A stretch of DNA of 63,939 nucleotides, the filler included, from Aduncisulcus paluster (Eukaryota), in NCBI GenBank assembly GCA_024181965.1. It is 17 parts of 17 records of this genome, joined end to end, with 100 filler letters (N's around TTAATTAATTAA, not from the genome) between each part and the next. Parts side by side here need not be neighbours in the genome. Positions count along the whole stretch, not along the records: positions 49,618 to 54,231 come from BQXS01010198.1; positions 54,332 to 56,281 come from BQXS01010199.1; positions 56,382 to 58,120 come from BQXS01010200.1; positions 58,221 to 60,649 come from BQXS01010202.1; positions 60,750 to 62,261 come from BQXS01010204.1; 12 more parts are not named here. The stretch is one strand, 5' to 3'. Shown here one piece after another: positions 49,633 through 61,340 of the stretch. Every line of letters starts with the position of its first letter. The first letter of the stretch is position 1. Position numbers and translations under genes: made by a program. The notes below the pieces were generated by a model. That model ran no database searches. It was not told where the DNA came from and saw nothing but the letters and a program-made list of their open reading frames with translations.

Positions 49633-49805
49633 TCAAGGTCAAGAACAGGGCGCTTAGAAGAGCCTCCCAATAGAGCCTCCCTCCTGAAGAAATGCGTTTT
49701 TTACCGGTTCATATATTCCGAAACGTCAGGTTGGGGAGAGATCTATCGGGAGTTGGAGGAACAATAATACTCTATAACCAGAATTGATCAAGAACTGTAC
49801 AACTG
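49633..49805. repeat. Second copy of the hairpin repeat (hairpin 49664-49752)
   Basis: Shares AAGAGCCTCCCAATA, CCTGAA..AATGCGTTTTTTA, CCGG, CCGAAACGTCAGGT, GAGATCTAT.GGGAG and the downstream CAGAATTGA..AAGAACT with 27070-27458. Confidence 0.85.
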
Positions 49806-49855
49806 TACGGGAAAAAAAACATGAACACCATTTGAAAACAAAATTCATCTCTCAC

Positions 49856-50563
49856 CTATTGTTCTTCCTCTTCTTCCTCTTCTTCATTTCTGTACACATA
49901 TACTTCCTCTTCCTCCTCTTCTTCTGGAGCAACAAACATTGCAACGGCAGAAGGCGATGTTTTCCCCTTTTCACATATGATCATATCAATATAAGAAGCT
50001 GGAGTAGAGTCATATTTATAGCTTTCTATATGCAAAAATTTGGTCTCTTGACATTCTTGCACAAGATCAGGAGAAGAAGGATCACAAATCACATCTAACC
50101 TAAGTCGATCGGGAATTTTCTTTAATATTGATTTATCTCCATGTTCTTTGCATTCTTCCGTCATTTTGGGAAGGAAATATTTGGATTCACACACGACAAC
50201 GGTTGGAATACCCTTGGCTTGTGCCAACTCAGTAATGAGCCGGGTTCCAGCCTTTGCTATAATAGTACCATCTAATAAAATAAATTTTGCAGCAATAATA
50301 ACCTTATCTACGCCAACAAAGAGTTCTGGCAGGCCAGAAAGCAAACCATATGTAGTAGAGATTCCCATATCACCAAGATGAACAGCTAGATCCCTTCCTT
50401 CATCAGAAGGACATGCATCAACAACTATTATTGAAAGATTATCTTTTTTATCGGTGATTACGGCCTTTTCAATACCATTTCTGATCAATTGAGAATTACC
50501 ATAAGTTATAATGGAATTATTACTTTTAATAATTTCACTGCACAAATCGCTAATCGAAAACAT
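49856..50563 (-). CDS. eIF2B alpha/beta/delta family protein, delta-like (start uncertain)
   Basis: IITYGNS, VVDACPSDEG, TYGLLSG, DKVIIAA..ILLDG....AGT, PTVVVCES, YDSTPASYIDMIICEKG. Confidence 0.85.
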   Translation of the reverse strand: MFSISDLCSEIIKSNNSIITYGNSQLIRNGIEKAVITDKKDNLSIIVVDACPSDEGRDLAVHLGDMGISTTYGLLSGLPELFVGVDKVIIAAKFILLDGTIIAKAGTRLITELAQAKGIPTVVVCESKYFLPKMTEECKEHGDKSILKKIPDRLRLDVICDPSSPDLVQECQETKFLHIESYKYDSTPASYIDMIICEKGKTSPSAVAMFVAPEEEEEEEVYVYRNEEEEEEEEQ

Positions 50564-50849
50564 CTTATAGCAAATCCAACACGCCCACAACCAGCGCCTA
50601 TTCATAAAATTTTCTAAAAGAATCAATTCTTTATCAAATATCCATAATATATTATAAATTTCATCCTAAATTACATAATAATATTGTTTTATTGCTTTTA
50701 ATTCCGACAAAAATCTTTGACCACACTCTAGTAGATATACGATATACTGGCAGTAGCTACTGGCAAGTTCAAAACAGAACTTATTAATATCTCAAGGATT
50801 CACTATGTAAGTTCAGTATATATTTTTGAAAAACCATTCTTTTTCATTC

Positions 50850-51366
50850 TCATTTTATCTTGATATCCTCCATTCGATCTTGACCATAATAGAAAAGTGG
50901 ACTAAACCTCTCTTCCATTAGAGAGACCGTTTCTCGATGAAGATCCATATCTGCAAATCAGAGAAAAGAATTATTTCATGGAGTCGAATGAAAAAAAGAA
51001 GAGAGGAAAATGTAAGGGAAACAATCCATATTCAAAAAATAAAACCTAAAAAAACATACCAAATGTAGCTTCTAATAGTTGAGCAAGACAAACTTTGAGT
51101 TGATCACCCTCTTTCTTAAGCACAAACAACACAACGCTTCCCTCGATACTCTTAGGGCCTAATTTATCTTGGATCTTTTTGATATTATCATGTTTAGACT
51201 GTATTTCAACCGCGTTATGATCATCATTAATCCTAACAACGTAATCTTTATCCTCTTTCATTCGTAAATCAACTATCTTCCCAACTACACGGAAATAACC
51301 GGGTGAAGCTCGTCCAGATACAAGTCTACCTATAGTAGCATATTGAGCGCTGCGTGTTTGGATCAT
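50850..51366 (-). CDS. RPA3/RPA14-like OB-fold protein, two exons (51366-51060 and 50950-50850)
   Basis: Removing intron 51059-50951 (GTATGT...CAG) gives a 135-aa ORF with RVVGKI near the N-terminus and TFDMDLHRETVSLMEERFSPLF, like the RPA3 C-terminal helix. Confidence 0.65.
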
Positions 51367-51443
51367 GGCACACACTATTGTCAAGAAGAAAAGGAAATCA
51401 ATTTTTTGGGTGGAATAAGATTTTTTTTGGTCAGGAAAATATA

Positions 51444-52013
51444 ATGGAGAAAGAATATATAGAAAAATTAATTAAATTAAAAAGAGATGTCGATAAATTT
51501 CTTCATGATACGGAAGGAGATAAGAATTCATCAATCATTTGGCCTATCGATTTGAATAAGGATGAATGTGATACATATGAAAAGAAAATAAGAATATTAA
51601 AAGAGATAACCAAAGAAAAATTCATTCCCAAATTTATTGAATATAGAACGAACCTTGATGTAATTCTTGAGCAGTTACTCCATGTATTAGATACAAAAAG
51701 GGAAGAAATATTAATCAAAGAAAGAGAACTATTAGAAAAAAGAAAAGAGATCAAACAGAAATTCACAGATGGTCGGAAACTGATTCTCAAGTTGAAGTTA
51801 GATTGTGGAAAGGCAAGAAGACAAATAGAAGGATACATGGATGAAAATCCTGGAGAATTTGATTTGGGAGGTAGTTTTAAAGAAGATATCACCCTTAAAC
51901 CCCGTTGTAGGAAGAAAATGGCTATTCCAACCAAAAGACTCGGTGGAAGTTCTGTTTGTGTTCATTCAGTCAATACATCGCATGCCCATCGTATTTTTGG
52001 GCAAGGGGAATGA
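51444..52013 (+). CDS. Coiled-coil hypothetical protein
   Basis: ATG 51444 after an AT-rich leader; K/E-rich heptads. Confidence 0.65.
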   Translation: MEKEYIEKLIKLKRDVDKFLHDTEGDKNSSIIWPIDLNKDECDTYEKKIRILKEITKEKFIPKFIEYRTNLDVILEQLLHVLDTKREEILIKERELLEKRKEIKQKFTDGRKLILKLKLDCGKARRQIEGYMDENPGEFDLGGSFKEDITLKPRCRKKMAIPTKRLGGSSVCVHSVNTSHAHRIFGQGE

Positions 52014-52440
52014 ACCATGAAAGTGAATCAATGATTTTTATTCTCGTACTTTAAATCCAGAGGTGAAACCGAACCTAGTTCATTTTCAGCCACATTTAAA
52101 ACAAATGTTACATCAAAGATGAAGGCCAAAAACAAAGCCGGTAAGGTCGTATACTCGATGGATTTCCTGGGCTGGATGGGGGGGAGGGAGAGAGAGAGAG
52201 GGGGGTAGATGAAGAAGGGGCTCAGGTCTAAAAACGGTATAATTAATTACCCTTTTTCAGAGAATAAACTCTCGAATTGATCCAAGATACTCCATTACTT
52301 TGACTATATATATAGTTGAATCTTGTAAAAAGTTCGATCAAACGGCAAATAATAATTAATAATACTATTTATAACATAGTTTTTCAACGAATATGATTGT
52401 GAGTAGTTAAGGGTGCAAAGATATTAAGAGAAATCAATTC

Positions 52441-53814
52441 TCATTCTTTCCACTCCTCATCAATCTTCACAGCTTTCACAGGTCTGACACCTTGACGATC
52501 CATGCTCTTCTTAAGTTGCATATATTTGGGCATGTCTGTCCCGTACATATCAAAATATCTTCGCCTATCTTTATCTAACAGCACCGTTTGGGCAAAGGCC
52601 AACTCACCCATCATTTCTTCACAGTCGGGACAGTCAGGATTCCGATCAGGATGATATTTCCTCGCCAATTTCCTATATGAACTCTTGATATCCTTCTCAG
52701 AGGCAGAGCTATCGATGTGCAATACTCCATACAGATCCAATGCAGGCTCACGATGAGGGATGTGAGTCTCAAGATGCTCCACACCAGCATTAGCTCCGAA
52801 AATAAGGACCAACACAACCACAATAAAGATTATGATCATCCATTTCCTCAAACTCTTCACATCCTTCTTATCTTGCACAATCTTTAACTCCCCTTCTACA
52901 TTGGGATGCCAGGGAACAAACCGTCCATTTGGCATTAACCGAACGTGTCCTTTCCTTGCCTTGACCTTAGGAATGAGATCCTTGATCTGGGCATGAATCT
53001 TTGGTGGAATAATCTTGTTCGGATTTCCATTGTTGCGGAGGAAAGATTCAAACTCACGAATTGACCGGAAAATAACAACAATGAATCGGGGAGATACACC
53101 GTATTTAGCAGTGGCAGCGAGATAATCGTCAGCAGTAACATAGAATTCATCGTCAGCACTCTGCCCTTGTTCAGGATCATCTCCAAAGGCAACAACATCT
53201 TCCTCACGAAGAAACTCATCACCTTCTTCCTTCTTTATCCCAAATTCTTCAATCAATTTCTCTTTGGCCTTTTCTGAGTAAGTCCCATTCTTTTTCATCT
53301 CTTCGATTCTACGATTGAATTCTTTCTCTCTTTTGACGGAGGAATGCATCTTTTTCGATACAGAATCAAGTGCAGATCCCCCAATGGTCGATGATAACAC
53401 GTGGTCAAGATCATCATCAACTTTGGGAATTATCATATCCTCTTCTTCATCCTCAACTCTGATAAGATCTTCGCCATCTAATTTCTCTTCCTCCTCCCGT
53501 TTATATTTTGCCTGTTTTTGTAACTTCTCAATTTGTTGCTTCTGATATTTGACCATTTCATCCTGGAAAGTTGCTTTGAATTTTTCATTAATATTTGAAA
53601 CAGGCTTACCTTCAAAGACACCTTTAACCCTCAAACCATTAATTTTCGTTGTAGCACGATAATGGCACAATTCAAGCACAACAATAGGCTCTGGAACTGA
53701 CAATTCTTTTAGACAATTCATCAAAGATTTTTCAGTACCTTTAAGGGGACCTTTTCCTTTCTGTAAGCCTTTTGATCCGGAAAGATTCTTCTTTGATCTA
53801 TTTTTTTTGGCCAT
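52441..53814 (-). CDS. Membrane-anchored DnaJ-domain protein
   Basis: TM segment WMIIIFIVVVLVLIFG followed by the J domain DLYGVL...IKSSYRKLARKYHPDRN. Confidence 0.9.
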   Translation of the reverse strand: MAKKNRSKKNLSGSKGLQKGKGPLKGTEKSLMNCLKELSVPEPIVVLELCHYRATTKINGLRVKGVFEGKPVSNINEKFKATFQDEMVKYQKQQIEKLQKQAKYKREEEEKLDGEDLIRVEDEEEDMIIPKVDDDLDHVLSSTIGGSALDSVSKKMHSSVKREKEFNRRIEEMKKNGTYSEKAKEKLIEEFGIKKEEGDEFLREEDVVAFGDDPEQGQSADDEFYVTADDYLAATAKYGVSPRFIVVIFRSIREFESFLRNNGNPNKIIPPKIHAQIKDLIPKVKARKGHVRLMPNGRFVPWHPNVEGELKIVQDKKDVKSLRKWMIIIFIVVVLVLIFGANAGVEHLETHIPHREPALDLYGVLHIDSSASEKDIKSSYRKLARKYHPDRNPDCPDCEEMMGELAFAQTVLLDKDRRRYFDMYGTDMPKYMQLKKSMDRQGVRPVKAVKIDEEWKE

Positions 53815-53993
53815 TACCCAGATCCAAGAAAAACAAGAAATGATTTCAAAAGAAAATTGAAAAAAAGAAAATTTGATGAATAATCTTCCGAAAGATTGTT
53901 GATCACAAATCTAATTATTTATTATTTAAAAATTATCAATTGACGGAGCTTGACATCAAATGTTTAAAAAGAGTCAAGTAGTCGAAATATAAA

Positions 53994-54231
53994 TTAAAAA
54001 ACCACTTCTTCTTCTTCCTCCTCCTCTTCTTCTTCAACAGATTCCGCCTTCTTCATGCCAACCTGAACTTCAACTTTGTCGATCTCATCAGCAAGTGCTT
54101 TAGTTCTTTTCAATTCTTCCTGTAATAATTCCATCTGTCCAGCCAGGGCATCATCCCTCTGCTTTTTATCTTTAACCTTTTTCAAACGGAAAAACTCTTC
54201 TCTTTCTTGCTCTTCAAGCTCGGTTTCAACC
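53994..54231 (-). CDS. C-terminal fragment of an acidic coiled-coil protein
   Basis: Open to the contig end; poly-E tail. Confidence 0.55.
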
Positions 54232-54332
54232 NNNNNNNNNNNNNNNNNNNNNNNNNNNNNNNNNNNNNNNNNNNNTTAATTAATTAANNNNNNNNNNNNN
54301 NNNNNNNNNNNNNNNNNNNNNNNNNNNNNNNC

Positions 54333-56281
54333 ATGCTTCCTGACTCAGTTGTTGCTTTTGTCGGAAGCCATTTCTCTTACAGTTCCATTTCACCGCTTGT
54401 CTACTCCGTTGAGTTCAATCCTGTGTTCCAATATGATATATCTCTTTCTTTAGATACATACACGATTGTATTCCCACCCGATTCATACAGCACTGCATCC
54501 AGTGATTGTGTGGTCACAAGCGATGAGAACTTGATTCATCCGGTTGCTACTGATGACTCTACACTTGGATCTAACATTGGATTTTCTCTCCCATTTGCAT
54601 TCCCATTATTTGAGAACTTTGCCACCTCGATATTCTGGAAGGTTGAGGATGATGACATTATCTGGTGTTTCGGTGATTTGTATGGGGATGACCCAAGCGG
54701 TGCTGATTCTTCTTGTCCTGTCCAATTGCTTGGAACTGGATACGGTGAAGCTATCACGGAATCTACTCTCTCTGTGGTGGTTAGTGTTGTGAATGATGCC
54801 ACTACCATGGAAATTGAGGAGTTGTTATTCTATGTGCTGAATATCGATTCTTCTTTGAATTATGTGCTAAGACTGGTACAGGATGGATCTATTGTTGTCC
54901 AATACAGTGCTGACAGTACGAGCACTTTCTCTGGTGATGTAGCAGTCTCTCTTGTTGGGGGAAGTACAACATATCTCACCATTGACACTGCAACTTATGC
55001 TATTGCTTCCCACGTTGGTGTGATGGTTTCCTTCGTTCCTGACCTCGATTCCGACATTGCTGATTCTGCCCTTGTAAACTATGAATTGTCTTGTCACCAT
55101 GGTTCCGTGGTTTTGACTGATACAGAGGCTACATGTGAATGTGATGACAGATGGAGGGGTGACTCATGTGATATGTGCACTCTGGCCTACTGGGGCAATG
55201 AGATAGATGGATGTCGTGTGCCCAATTGTCGGGGAAGATGCAATGATCTGTATTGTGTTGCAGTAACGGATGACTCTGCCGTATGTTCATGTAGTGTTGA
55301 TGATGAAGATTTTGAGGATGTATTTGTTCCTAATCCTCTCTCAAGAACTATTTTCTATGGAGATGATGAAGAGATCCTTCAAACTTATGTGAACAGTGAT
55401 GATGAATTGGAAAATGCTCTTCGGTACGGAACTTTCTTCGATCATGTCTGTGAAGTCATCGCAGGGCCCTCCACCACGGCTGTTCTTAGAGGAGTTGGAG
55501 TCGCTGGAAGTGTCATTCTCTCGTCAGCTGCCACTCTTGGAGTGCAGGGATCAGCTTTTATCGTGAACAGAAAGCATGTATTGGAGAAATCTCTCCTTTC
55601 ATCCGCCGAGAAGGCTGCTTTAATGACCGATATCTACTCAACAGAGATTATATGGAACTATGTCGACTCGAACGACATTGTAGATGATCCCACAGCGGCC
55701 ACATCATTCCAGCCGTATTCATACCATCGGGCGTGTGTTGTTTCCAACCCTGGAAGTTACATACTTGAAACTGATGACAATGGTGATGTTGAATTTGATT
55801 TAGATTATACATGTACATCTGGCTTCTCTTCACGTATTATTGATTCGTTCTTTGGATTGGTCCGTGGTAGTGATTCCATGTCAGCGTATGGACTCATCCA
55901 GGAGTTCTCCTCCTCTGAATGTGGCGAAGGTCAGGACTCGTGTGTTCTGAGCTTCCCCGTGTGGTCATTCCCCTTGTACGGTGATACTGTGCATTCTATT
56001 CAGTTGTATATCGGAACTATTCGGTTGTTAAACGAGGATGGAGACACCATTGGTTCTCTGACTCCTGTTAATGCTGAAGTATCAGCCCCTTACCGTGTAT
56101 ATTTCGATGATCTTGACTCAGACTCTGATGATTGCTCTTGTTGTGCTCATCGACTCATTGTACAGAGTGATATTGATACCTTGTCATACTCTGCATCTGT
56201 TCAAATATCTTTCTACAGGACTGGTGCGATGACTCTCGATTATTATGTAACCACTCTTGACAGCATCGATGGAAGGATCAG
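54333..56281 (+). CDS. Extracellular EGF-containing repeat protein (internal fragment)
   Basis: CHHG...CECDDRWRGDSC EGF motif; repeated 'LPFAFPLF'/'FPVWSFPLYG' modules. Confidence 0.8.
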
Positions 56282-56383
56282 NNNNNNNNNNNNNNNNNNN
56301 NNNNNNNNNNNNNNNNNNNNNNNNNTTAATTAATTAANNNNNNNNNNNNNNNNNNNNNNNNNNNNNNNNNNNNNNNNNNNNGG

Positions 56384-57385
56384 CTCTATCTTGTAAGATC
56401 TCACATTTCAAACCCTTATCTAACCCATTGTATCATCATGTGTCTATCGTGTTCGGCTATTTATGGAACTTTCTCAAATCCAGTTTTAGACAGTCCATTC
56501 ATGTGTGATATTCTTTGTCAGTTGAGTGAAGAAGGTAAAGAAGATCGTCAAGTCAAAGCTCGATTGCAAGAAGAAGGTGTCATGGGTCACCCTCCTCTAA
56601 GTATACTAAGACCGCCATATTCCGATTCACCTGATCTCATAATGTTTGATAATTCAATAGATTTATCTCCAGTCGGACATTTGGCCATTTCTGGGGATTA
56701 TATTCAATCTGAGAGTGAAAACAAAAAGAGCTACATCGCTGCTTTGAGATTAATTCAGTTATTGGTCGAGAATCATCCAGACCGAAGCGAGACTCTGGTT
56801 TCAAAATCTCTGTTTCTCACTGTTAAGGCTATTTTTGGAGCAGCTGATGGTAATATTGACTTTTTAAGCACTATGCTGAATAGTTCCAATGGATTATATG
56901 TAGCTCAAGAGCTCAGTGCGAGTGATGTATGTGTCCACCGACTTGTTACAATCATTGATAAGAATATAAGTGAACGTCACAAAGAAATGAGCTGTGTACG
57001 AGCGATATATGCTTTATTGCCACCAAATAACCTTGAACTCATCGCATTGGAAGATAAGGCCTCAATTCTAAAATTAGACCTTCTCAAAAAGATGTTGTCC
57101 GTGACAAAGGTCATGGGAGACCTTCCAGATGTTGTCCAAAGATTAATTCAGTCTGAAGAGGATCAAAAAACACGATCAAGAATACCCGTTATCGTATCTT
57201 CACTGCTTTCTTGCATTGTCCGGTACAAAACTGACAAAGACTGTCTCAAGATTGCACAAACTGCCGCCACTTGCATAAAAACAATAGTAATGCAAAAACA
57301 ATTGGATGGTTCTTTGTTGTGGGATCCCGGGCTTTTATGGCCTATTCTTAATAGAGCTTTAAATGGTGATAAAACCCACAAATAA
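56384..57385 (+). CDS. Alpha-helical (ARM/HEAT-like) hypothetical protein, 5'-partial
   Basis: Open from the contig start; amphipathic Leu-rich helices. Confidence 0.65.
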   Translation, partial: LYLVRSHISNPYLTHCIIMCLSCSAIYGTFSNPVLDSPFMCDILCQLSEEGKEDRQVKARLQEEGVMGHPPLSILRPPYSDSPDLIMFDNSIDLSPVGHLAISGDYIQSESENKKSYIAALRLIQLLVENHPDRSETLVSKSLFLTVKAIFGAADGNIDFLSTMLNSSNGLYVAQELSASDVCVHRLVTIIDKNISERHKEMSCVRAIYALLPPNNLELIALEDKASILKLDLLKKMLSVTKVMGDLPDVVQRLIQSEEDQKTRSRIPVIVSSLLSCIVRYKTDKDCLKIAQTAATCIKTIVMQKQLDGSLLWDPGLLWPILNRALNGDKTHK

Positions 57386-58220
57386 TCAATGGACATTGAT
57401 ATATTAAACTGTACTTATTGGTATAATGACTTTTATCGTAAATTGATCACTAAGTCACTCACCTTTCAAGAATATTCCCTCTTTTCGTCTCCCTTTTTCT
57501 TTCCATGCTCTAATAATGAGATTTTTGAAATAAATATCTTCAAACCAATTTTATTCTTTTTTAATCACCATAAAATTTTAATTTCACCAATGATCCCATT
57601 TTCAATTCAGATACAGATCTTGTCAACTTTTTTTTTGTTTTGATAGACATACAATTCTATTGAAAGTGATTCCCACCAAATGCATTGTTGCTGATCGTTG
57701 CTTCCTGAAATATTACATCCCAAACAACGAATTATGATGTTTTATGTTCTTTCTTGGGATGAAAATTTTATCAATGAGAATTAGAGGATAAAACATGATA
57801 AAAGATCGAATTTCATGCCAAAAACATCTCGTGGAGCAAATGGCATGTTTTTATTGATTTGATTCCCCTATTTATCCGTCATTCATAACATCTTCCGTTG
57901 TCTTGATCGAACCTCTCTAGATTTCGCCATAGTTGCTGTGAATTTGCTTGCAGGGATTGGATATTCCTCTGTGCATATTCCTGAGAGACAAAAGGGAACA
58001 ATTCCCAAAACTTTCAAGTTCATCCGAGGTCTAATTTTGCCCAAAATTGAAGATATCCGTCGGAAGTGCCATATATCATATCCTATTGAGCTGAATATTC
58101 ATAGAAAACTGGTTTCATACNNNNNNNNNNNNNNNNNNNNNNNNNNNNNNNNNNNNNNNNNNNNTTAATTAATTAANNNNNNNNNNNNNNNNNNNNNNNN
58201 NNNNNNNNNNNNNNNNNNNN

Positions 58221-60639
58221 GATCCATCACGTTTAAGAACATGTTGGATTTGCATTTCTTTTCCACTGATAATATCATGATAGCAAGAGATTTTGTTTTT
58301 GCGATGTGGAATAGTTTTATGCAGATTCATAACAGAACATACATGGGAAGCGTATGAATATCCATCTTTCTCAGGACACAAAGATGTCTCAATTGATGGG
58401 AGAAATGAAACCATTGGAACAGAATGGAAAAGAGTTGAAGAGAGATATGAAGAAGATACGAAGGAGGAAATGTTGGAAAGGTATTGGTTATAGATTTGAG
58501 TTGGACAATACCATTCTTCTTTGCACCGTAGCATGTTGGCATCATATTTGGGAGATAGATGAGGAATTATTGATGGGACAGTGGAGAGCATGGAAATGAG
58601 TTTAGACCAGTATATGATTCCCCATTCATGTTGTTTCATAACTTCAAACCACCCATCAAGAAGATGCTTAATATTGTCATAGATTACAAGAGCATGTGAA
58701 GGATCACAACACAGGTTAGAGAAGAACAGTAAAACAAATTCATTACCATACTCAATAATCCTATCCCCAACAAACTCTCTCTTAACAAGATCAAGAACAG
58801 GGTGGGAAAGAGGCCAAACTTCAGAACAAAGGGATTTGTTGGGGTGTTTATCATCACTTGAGCTGGTGCCAAATGATAGAATATACATCCATTGTCCATA
58901 ACAACCACTATCATTGTACATCCTTAACCAAACCTTGATATATGGTTTGATAAGGGAGAGAATAGATGATCGAGTGGAAGTAGAGGGAGAATTAGAGATG
59001 TATCTGAGAGTCATCAATAAATATCGAACAATATTATCATTCAACTTCTTCTTGCTTCCTCTCTCAAGAATTCGATGGAAAGTGGAAAGGATCTTGGGAA
59101 GGAAAGAATCTTTTCTATCTTTAACTTCGAAAGAATAAAAATCACAAATGCTACAATACTCATCATCAACAGCTTCTTCCAATATTTCCTCAATTCTTGA
59201 AAGATGATCAATGAAAGTGTCAATGAGATTGTTGAGATCGGGTATTGGGAGACAAATACCCCTTCCAGCAATAGTATGTCTAACAAACCATCTTAAACAC
59301 CCAACACAAACAACAATCTCTCTCTTGTGCTCTTCTATCTCACTCTTTGATTGGGATGCAAGGAAGACAGAAAGGATATCTTCTCGATGTTTGTGGTAGA
59401 GAATTGAGGATGATTCTGAGTCAGGACATTTCACAATAGCTTCAACTAATCCAGACCATTTCTTCAGAGAACTTCTCTGAGAGAAGGATAACAATTACCA
59501 AGATATCTTGCATAATATCCACTCCATTCTCCATTCTTCTTACACCACTCCATGTTGGCATCATATTTGGGAGATAGTTGAGGAATTATTGATGGAACAG
59601 TGGATAGCATGGAAATGAGATTAGACCAGTATATGGTTCCCCAACAATTAGGATCCAGTCCTTCACTTTTCTTCCTCTTCACTATCTCAAACCAGCTATC
59701 AATAAGACCATCTTTAATGCAAGCATGAACTTCAATGGCTTGGGAAGGAATACAACTCAAGTTACCAAGGAAACCCAAGCAACGAATTACAGCAGCATCA
59801 TCAAATGTAATACCTTTGGAAGCAGTGTCCTTGATAATAGCCAAGACAGGGTGGAAGACAAACCAAAGTTGTGAAGAACGATCTTTATCAGAGTAGGTAT
59901 TATCCTTATCATTTGTGATATTCTTCAAGATATTTATCCACAAGAAAAAGAACTTCTTATCAGGATACTTCTTCATCCATGGCAAGATATGGGGGAGAAG
60001 AATGGATAAAAGGGAGTTCTTGGTGGGATCGTCTTTGGCAAATGCAATATTCCCACATGTTAGGAGGATATCTTTAACAAAAGAATCATCAAGTTTCTCA
60101 GATAGGCCGAGAATAAACATCTTGGAGAGAAGAGTGGAGATCTGGGGGAAAATGGCAATACATTGAGATAGAACATTTCTCGATGAGATCCTGAGAATGC
60201 TGAACAATGTCTTTGTAATGGAATTCACTCTAGATTCAGCAGTTTCAGCTTCTTCTTCTTTTGCTTCCATTTCTTTCATTTCTTCTCGTTCAACTCTCAG
60301 AATAGCTTCAACTCGGATCATTGAAGGCAAGAAAGAGTCAATCATATCCTGGATGGAAGAACTATCCAGAATAACCTCAAAATCATCCTCATCTGGAGTT
60401 CCATCGTCTTTTGTAACTTTATGCTTCACGAACAAGGACAAACATTCGAAACAAAGGGCGAACAGATCTCGAGCGGATGTGACAGCAGATGAGGGTGAAG
60501 AAGTGAACTCATCAAAGATAGTCTTGAGACGAGAATGGGATCCTTCATAAAGGGATTTAATGGCAGGTCGAGAGTCTGTTTTTTTGATTGAAACAATGAG
60601 TGCTTCAATTTCTTTTGTCAACTCTTCAGTGTTCCTCAT
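58221..60639 (-). pseudogene. Lineage-specific tandem helical-repeat protein frameshifted by a 14-nt insertion at 59465-59486
   Basis: Two homologous units (W..YWS.LISMLSTVPSIIP.LSPKYDANM..CK). Removing the insertion restores GNCYPSLKKWSG in one frame. Confidence 0.85.
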
Positions 60640-60749
60640 TGAGGAATGTNNNNNNNNNNNNNNNNNNNNNNNNNNNNNNNNNNNNNNNNNNNNTTAATTA
60701 ATTAANNNNNNNNNNNNNNNNNNNNNNNNNNNNNNNNNNNNNNNNNNNN

Positions 60750-61340
60750 TCATAAATAGTTTTATTCATTTCCAATAAAGAAGTTTTCTTATTTTTTTCA
60801 TCAAAATTATTAGCCATTTAAGTGGTAAAATTGATTTTATTATGGCCTTGATAAGGTGCACTATATAAAAACAATAATCAATAAATAAGAAGATATTTCT
60901 CTTTTAATTTGATTTATTATGATATTTTTATAATAAAATGCTATTACAATGGTTAGATATTATATCTGTGATATTTGAGTTTTAAGATTTATTAATTCAT
61001 TTTTCTTTAATAATATTTCCCATTTATTCAAAAAATCCATTTTTTAAAAATGGAGAAATGCACCACAGCAAGAATAAAACATGACATTTGAAGATTGATG
61101 ATCTTCAGGATTATCTGAGATTGAAGATTAAATGAAGTGCCGTTTATTAGAATAGCGATAATTATCTGAAATAATAAAAAATTTATCTAGATATATTTAT
61201 TAATAAAACGTTTAAACAGTGCAGGGCTTAAATTTGAAATAAAAGATAAAATCAGATTTAAGTTTACAAAATATCAATAACTTTTATTTACCATTATAAT
61301 TTTTTTATTTTAAAAAAATTCGGTGAGTTGGGACACTCTG
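60750..61340 (-). mobile_element. Tc1/mariner-like element end, second copy, inserted at TA in a gypsy LTR
   Basis: Reverse complement of 31553-32117; flanked by TA at 61341-61342. Confidence 0.8.
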
